Positions 57,308-64,000 of a stretch of DNA of 64,000 bases are shown here, piece by piece (the stretch's first letter is position 1; every line of letters begins with the position of its first letter). This stretch comes from Vitrella brassicaformis CCMP3155 (taxonomy: Eukaryota; Protista; Chromerida), in NCBI GenBank assembly GCA_001179505.1, contig CDMY01000144.1, positions 62,001 through 126,000 of the forward strand, written 5' to 3'. The notes below the pieces were generated by a model. The model saw only the letters and a list, made by a program, of their open reading frames with translations. It was not told the DNA's origin and did no database searches. A program made the position numbers and the translations under genes.

Positions 57308-59550
57308 TCACACCTCTATCCTCTGTTTATCTGACTGCACTATCTGTGCGGCAATCCGGGAAAACAGCCCCTGCAGGTCCCTCCGCCGCATCGAGTCTAT
57401 CGCATCGATGTTGCTCGGACGCTCACCCTGCACACATCCATCCATCCATCCGTACATCCACTCACAGAAAGAACTGCCCACGTTGTGCACCCACCCGTAC
57501 CTCTGGTAGGACATCGGCGTTGAGTCGGATGAGCCGCCGCAGCTCGCCGTCCGTGAGCGCCCCGTCGGGTGAGCTGGGCTCCAGCAGACGTGCAGAGGAG
57601 GCTGGGCGATCCCCTGCTCCTCCTCCCCGCCGTCTCCTCTGCGTCACTGGGTGGTCTTCCTCTGGCGGCATGTCTTCGTCGACTGACACCCAACCGTCGC
57701 TCGCTGAGTCGTCCTCGTTGGATGAAGGAGCAGTGTCTTGCTCAGCCGCGACAGCTGACCACACCACACCACACAGACGTCCACATATACATTATGACGT
57801 TGGGAGCAGTGCGTGTGTGTCGATCGATGACGGCTCACGTTCTTGCGGGATGGGAACCGGAGTCTTCTTCTCCTGTGGCTGCGGTGGCTCCTCTTCTGGT
57901 TCTTCGTTGCCGTCGTCTGCCTCTGGCTCATACTGACCTATACATGCGTCGGATATCGCCCGCCACAATAGCGGCCTGCATGCCATGCACAGACAACCAC
58001 GCAGCCCTGTCTTTGTTCGTACGGCGGGGGTGCATGGTGTGGTGTTGTGCCCACCCATTCTCCCCCGTCATTGATGAGAACGGAACTGGTTGCCATGAGG
58101 GCAGTTGCAGCTCTTCGCGCAGTCTGGCGAGGTTGGCGTCACGCTCAGAGGCTTTGAGTCTGTCCACCTTGGTCGCCGCTACCAAGTAGGGCACATCCAT
58201 GCTCCTGCACACACATAAACACAGACACACAGAGATAGACCAGACCAACACAAAGATGAAGGTGGGTGAGGACAGGGACACCTATTACCTGAGGTTGGCC
58301 AGGACGTCCGCATCGACTTCCTGTGCGGGGAGCCGGGAGTCGACCAGCAACAGGAACAGACGAAGCTCCGCGCGTTTACGCAAATACGCCCTGCACAGGC
58401 AGGCAGGAGAATGGGAGCACAATGCAGTTCACCGCATCGCATCTATGTGCTCATCCGTCGCCGTGTAGCTCACAGGAGGAAGCTTCGAATCTTCTTAGTG
58501 TCCTCCTTGCTGATGCTCCTCGTGTAGCCATAGCCAGGAAGATCAACCAACACCACCAGACCCCTTTTCCTGACCAGTAAACGGTCAAATGCGGCCTCTC
58601 TATCTCTCTCTCTCTCTCTCTGCCCATGCCCCCATCCGGCCCTCTCGTGCGGCTGTGTATTGGGCAGGTTGGCTGTTCGAACTGACCTTCGGTCGCTGAG
58701 TCTGAAGAGGTTGATCTGCTGCGTCCTGCCGGGGGTTTTGGATATCCTCACCTCCGCCCTCTCAGACGCACGCGACTGCACACCACACGCAACAACACAA
58801 ACACAGAGCCGGCAGCACATGTGTGCGAGAGCCCACCGCCCCCCTTCCCACCCACCTGGAGTGAGTTGAGCATGCTCGACTTGCCCACATTGGACCTGCC
58901 CAGGAAGGCCACCTCGGGCAGCCCGGTGGCAGGCAAGTCACGGCTGTCCTCGTAGCCGCCGATGAACGACACGGCGCCCACGTCCTCCCTCTCGAACGGC
59001 CGCACCTCCACAGCAGACGAGCCGCCAGACACCTCCACCGCCTCGATGAATTGTAGGCCTTTGGGAACAGCCTTGGCTGAGGGAGATGATGCTTCGGGAG
59101 TGTCATGGGGAGAGGTGGATGCGTCTGTGGCTGAGGATTGCTTGCGCTGTCTTGCGAGGCGACGCTGGCGGCTTTGCTGCAGCCAAAGATCCCATCCAGA
59201 CACACAGACAGGCAGGCAGATGTGCAAACGTGAGTCCATCCATCAGTGCATGTTGGTGTGCGTACCTCCTTGGCTCGTTTTTCTGCCTCCTGCTGCCTGC
59301 TCTGCCCCCGGGCAGTCTTCCGCGCCACCTTGGCCTTGTACTTCTTGATCAGCTTCGACTCGTGACGCTCGGACGCCTTGCTGCGGGCCGGCATCACTGT
59401 CAGCCTGTCCACCGGTGTCATTGGCTGACGCATGCCGAAGGGTCTGCCGTGCACGAGGGTGAAGGCATGGGCGCGATGAATCATGGCGTCGATGAAGCAC
59501 AGTACGGTCAAGAGAGCGTTCCAAACGCTGTGGAAGCACTTAACTTTCAT
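57308..59550 (-). CDS. engB: EngB/YihA/YsxC ribosome-biogenesis GTPase, bipartite (plastid-type) leader, acidic C-terminal extension
   Basis: G1 LPEVAFLGRSNVGKSSMLN, G2 SKTPGRTQQIN, G3 LVDLPGYGY, LLVDSR, G4 TKVD, G5 PFSSMTG. Leader MKVKCFHSVWNALLTVLCFIDAMIHRAHA/F. Confidence 0.92.
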
Positions 59551-59631
59551 TGGATCTTTGACAGCGCCTCTCCAGACCTTCCTCTGCGGTCCAGGAGGTG
59601 GAGGGCTGGGCATCTTCTCTGCCTCACGCTA

Positions 59632-59655
59632 AGCTCGCAGATCTGCAAGCTCGCA
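59632..59655. promoter_or_regulatory. Two copies of AGCTCGCA flanking AGATCT in the 130-bp engB/U1A-U2B'' divergent promoter
   Basis: AGCTCGCA at 59632-59639 and 59648-59655. Confidence 0.5.
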
Positions 59656-59680
59656 AAGGAGCGTCAAGGCAGTGGTCCAG

Positions 59681-61398
59681 ATGCTGGCACAAGCACAAGC
59701 TCCAACAGCTCCAGCAGCTGATGCTAGCAGCTCCGCCGCTGCCACATCCGGCACAGCCACGACCGCACCAGCGCCAGCACCGACGCCGGCTCCCAACCCG
59801 ATGGCGATGATGGCAGGGATGATGCCCATGATGGCGGGCAGGGGTATGGGGGGCGTCATGCCCTTCATGCCCAACATGATGGCACAGATGATGGGCATAC
59901 AGGTGCCAGGTGTCGCGCAGACCGCCACACCGGCCGCAGCGCAGCCTGCGCCTGCGCCAGCTGCTCCCGAGGTGATCTTGCCGCCTCCGAAGGACTACCC
60001 GCCCAACCAGACTCTGTACGTGCACAACATCAGCACCAAGATCAAGATTGACGGTCAGCAACAGAGGGAGGAGGGAGGGAGGTGGAAGGGTGGCCGGCAT
60101 GCACCTGTCTGTCTGTCTGTCTGTCTGCAGATCTGAAGAGTAATCTGCATGACGTGTTCAAGTCCTACGGCAAGATACGCGAGATCATCGCCATGAAGTC
60201 GCTTAGGAGAAGGTCCGTCCGTCCACAGATGCACACATGTACCACACTCTGTACACACCTTGTGCGGCTGTTCGTGTGTGCCTGGCTGCCGTGATTATTG
60301 TTCAGGGGTCAGGCGTGGGTGACATTCAACAGCATCGAGGAGGCCACCAAGGCCAAGGAGGCTGTCCATGGATTCCCATTCCGCAACAAACCACTGGTAG
60401 GTAAGCCGGGTTTGCCTACAACCACACACGCCACAACACACACACATCTCTTGCCGCCCTGCATGCCCCCCGTGCGTGATCAGCAAATCGAGTTCTCCAA
60501 GAGCAAGAGCGACCTGATAGCCAAGGAGGAGGGGACGTTCGTGCCGCGGGCCAAGAAGCCCCTCCCACCCAAGGAGGTCAAGCCCAAGGCCCAGGCAGGT
60601 GCGGGTGAGGTGAAGGTCAACGGTGTGGTTAAGATGGAGAATGGGGTGGTCGTCAAGAAGGAGCCTGTCGACGAGGACATGGACATGGCCAAGGAGGACA
60701 AGGCAAAGGGACCATCGCCTGGAGGTACGGTGGTGTTGGGGAGGGCGATGGGGCAAGGGTTTGGATACACATACCTGTTGGTTGGTTGGTGGGTTGGTTG
60801 GTTCGTTTGACGTGTTCAGGTAAGCGGCCGGCTGACGGGTCGCCCACTGCGGCTGCTGCTCCGAAAACAAGCAGACCATTCTTCCAGGTACACACTGACA
60901 GACAGACAGATGATCAACACACACACGCGACTGAGGCACCATTCGCGTGTATGTTGGTTCTTCGTTCCTGCAGCCCACTCCTCAGGTTGCGCCTGTGGCT
61001 CCCGCGGCGCCCCAGTTCAACGTGGTGATGCCCAACAACATGCTGTTCGTCGAGAACTTGCCCGAAGATTGCACAGACACCATGCTCACCGCCATATTCG
61101 CACAGTAAGCATGGAAGCAGAGGAGGCAAGGGACAAGGAAAGGTGGGACGGATGGATGGATGGATGGTACTCTGTCTGTGTGTCAGGTTTGGCGGTTTCC
61201 AGGAGGTTCGGCTGATTGCGGGTAGGAGGGTGGCTTTTGTCGACTACGACACCGAAGTGCAGGCCACTTTCGCCATGAACGGTACGCGGCAGCCATCGAG
61301 CATGTGTGTGCGTATGTGTGTATTTATGCGTATACACAGGTTTGCAAGGGAAGGAGCTGAACGGGCTGTCGATGAAGATCAGCTACGCCAGGAGATGA
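59681..61398 (+). CDS. U1A/U2B''/SNF-family spliceosomal two-RRM protein with Ala/Pro/Met-rich N-terminal extension
   Basis: RRM1: PNQTLYVHNISTKIK..EIIAMKSLRRRGQAWVTF..GFPFRNKPLQIEFSKSKSDLIAK. RRM2: PNNMLFVENLP..FQEVRLIAGRRVAFVDY..MKISYA. The loop sequence is closer to U2B''/SNF than to U1A. Confidence 0.9.
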
Positions 61399-61814
61399 GT
61401 GGAAGTGACGTGGGCAGAGAGAGATGCAGCCATCGTGGCTTATAGTACTACTCATTGGTGTGCTTGATGACGCGCTACTTATGCTTTGTCTCACTGCTGG
61501 CAGCCATACAGACACCAAAAAAAGTCTCAAATTGAATAAATGGCCATGTCAGTCCCACAAACATCACTCACCGAGTCCCACCCACCCACCCACACACCCA
61601 TCCAGGCAGCCAGGCCGCCAGATAGGAAGAAGGACGCTTGGATCGTCGGACTCCCCCTTTTTCAAGCTCGCAAAGAAAATCCTCGCCGACATACAATTCG
61701 ATGACGCAGCATCAGAGGAAGGTGAGAGGAACCACAGAATGACAGAGGGAGATCTGATTTATCCTCTGTGTTATGATCAATTGGTTATGCTGCGCGTGTT
61801 CCGGAGCCTCAGGA

Positions 61815-63016
61815 ATGTCTCCACTTGTTGTCGTGGTCGTTCTCTCGGCCATCCTTCGTGGTCACGATCTTCGTGTGCGAGATCCATTCCTTCCCAGCTT
61901 CCTGCAGCCTCCGCCGCACAGTGCTGTCATCTCCTTCTCACCCACAGCAAAGACAGCACTGAGAGGGACACCCCAGACGTCCTCCAACGCCGAAGGGAAA
62001 ACACCAGAGTACATCGCCTCTCAAGAGCTTGTAGACCTGATCAGAATGGAACTCTCCGGTGGGTCGGTCTGTCGGTGTCGGATGCCCACACAACCGCGTC
62101 TATGTATGGCTATGTGTGTGCAGGCTAGGAGCCGAGCCGCCCGTACAGGCTGGCAGCTTGCCGCAATGACAGCGAGTGGCACGCAGCCAATGTCATTCAG
62201 TTGTACCAAGTGGGACCCCCCTCACACACACATTCATTCACTCGACACGTGCATCGGGATCGGTATGTGTCTGTGTGTGCCGACTGTGGGCCTGATGATC
62301 CTCAGTCAGAACTTGAAGGAGCTGAGCCTTTGGTGAGGGGACGGAACCGCCCCGCCCCTAACCGAATCTTACTCAGCAAAGAGGACAGCGAGCGCATTAA
62401 CGAGGCTTTCCGCGACCCCGATCGTTTCATGGGCCCTCTCGTGTCACTCAAGGCCAATCTTTTCTCCAAGCTCGTGCATCCTTTACTGACGCGCCTGCAG
62501 CTGAGAACACGGCGTCGTGTCCGGACCAAAGGCAATATCACATACAGGCGTTGCGGGTATGGTTTGCGCGACCCAAACGAGGTCGGATTCTCCACACAGA
62601 TATCGGAGTGCGATGACGTCATTGTGTCGTGCGGAGGCGAGAAGGTGCTGTTTATCATCATGACAGGCGGCCCTCTGAACGGCTGGCGGCACGAGCAGGC
62701 CCTGCTGAAGCGGCTGGTGGCTGACGGACTAGTTCACGGCTTTGTGACGGACGGCTCGACCTGGGTGGTCGTCGACATCGAATATCACGACGAGGAGAAG
62801 CGGCTGTATTTCGAGGGCGATAAGCTGTTGTTTCTGTCGGCCGACCCGCAGCTTGTGATGGACCATATTCTGGATGTGATAGAGAAACAGAGGAGGGGCG
62901 ATGAGTACTGGAATGTGAACACTGACCCTGGAAAGACCCCATCGGGAGAGCCTTGTTTGGTTGACACGAGTAATGTCGAGAGACTGTCCAAGCTAATAAT
63001 GGAGAGTACGACATAG
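61815..63016 (+). CDS. Hypothetical protein with hydrophobic leader and possible restriction-endonuclease-like (PD-D/ExK) C-terminal domain
   Basis: Leader MSPLVVVVVLSAILRG. The long last exon contains CDDVIVS..VLFIIMT..EQALL..VHGFVTDGSTWVVVDI. The middle-exon phase is not resolved. Confidence 0.5.
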
Positions 63017-63666
63017 TGATTTTCTGTATTGGACTTTTTCTGTATGTGTGTATGCCGAGTAAGTTTGTGTTTCTCCATGTCACTCACTCCCTGTGTGATC
63101 GTTGGATGTATGAGATCATGTGTGTGTGCCGTGTGTCTGTCTGTGTGGGATCCGACGCGTACATCCGCTGTGCTGTGTCCGTCTGTCTGTTGTGTGTGGC
63201 GTGTGTGTTGATGGCACATCAAGAGATTGCGAGTCTGGTTTTTAAGTTTGTTGCCTGTGATGGATGGTGATTGATGAATGCCATTTACACACACGACATG
63301 CGGTGCAGAGAGGGGAAGGACGGACCGGACCGACGGACGGACGGATACGTGTGTATGTATCATGCTTGAATAAATACCGTGATTCCATCCACACTTATAT
63401 CATCCATGTCTCACGTAAAGTCGCGTTTCTCCTCAGATAGGACATCAATCGTCACATCCATGCCTATCTATGCATACAGACAGCCTAAGTGCTCGACCGT
63501 CTACCCTACCTACACGGCCCACGGAGGTTGTGCGTAGGACTCATGTGGACACAGCTCTCTTAACCGCAGCTCACCAAAGACGGAAGGCTGCAGTGGCGCA
63601 GTAGGAACAGCGCGATGAAGAGCGCCATCTGTGACGTGACCACCACAGCCGCTGCCAGCAGTGTCG

Positions 63667-64000
63667 TCAGTTCTGCCACCAAGTTGCATGAGGGCACAGC
63701 TCATAGAACGTCACCTTGCCGTATCGCTCATCGTGCAGTGCTCTTAGAATGAAGAGAACAATGTAAGGTAGAAAGCCGCAGATTAGCGAGGCAGAGGCAA
63801 ACAGGAGAGTCACCAGCCTGTATTTCACCACACCGGGCTCCGTCTCGCTCCTCAAGATCGGCAGATTGTGCAGCCGCACAGAAATCTGCAGACATGACAC
63901 ACACACACGCAGAGACCCATACAGACACGACATTGGAGCCGCTCCCTTTTGATGTGCCTGTCCACCATGAAAAGGACGACTTCGCAGGCCAACTCGATGG
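63667..64000 (-). CDS. 3' end of a probable membrane protein (partial)
   Basis: The last exon (63667-63885) encodes a TM-like LVTLLFASASLICGFLPYIVLFIL followed by a stop. The upstream exon runs off the window. Confidence 0.45.
   Translation of the reverse strand, partial: HRVGLRSRPFHGGQAHQKGAAPMSCLYGSLRVCVSCLQISVRLHNLPILRSETEPGVVKYRLVTLLFASASLICGFLPYIVLFILRALHDERYGKVTFYELCPHATWWQN

Noticed and set aside
1-64000. Abundant (GT)n, (CA)n, (CTGT)n, (GA)n, (GATG)n and (CCTG)n tracts
   Set aside because: They are a ubiquitous background feature of introns and intergenic DNA in this window and are not locus-specific. AGATCT near several starts was also noted, but a 6-mer is too frequent to support by eye.

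Overview
This is intron-rich, GC-rich eukaryotic genomic DNA. Introns are short and full of (GT)n, (CTGT)n and (CA)n repeats. The gene content (plastid-type sigma factor, RAP-domain protein, bipartite-leader proteins) suggests a chromerid alveolate such as Vitrella; this is an inference. I assembled about 22 multi-exon genes by eye from GT/GC-AG junctions, so exon boundaries are approximate and family calls rest on motif recognition, not database searches. The genes include a CK1/TTBK-like kinase with a histone-H1-like tail, a conserved PNLTP/GSFG protein, a very divergent sigma-70 factor and a membrane hybrid histidine kinase. They also include a large type-I surface protein, a RAP-domain protein, Zn-type porphobilinogen synthase, an FTR variable-subunit-like protein split by about 320 aa of decamer helical repeats, VPS29, RPC8, a bacterial-type branching enzyme, EngB, U1A/U2B'' and a REase-fold-like protein. 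Non-gene structure includes an inverted pair of ~2.6 kb paralogous loci 32 kb apart that encode a secreted GNAT-like protein, and a decaying ~2 kb tandem duplication with fold-back inversions. An AGCTCGCA motif recurs upstream of many start codons. No rRNA, tRNA, CRISPR array or transposase was recognised.
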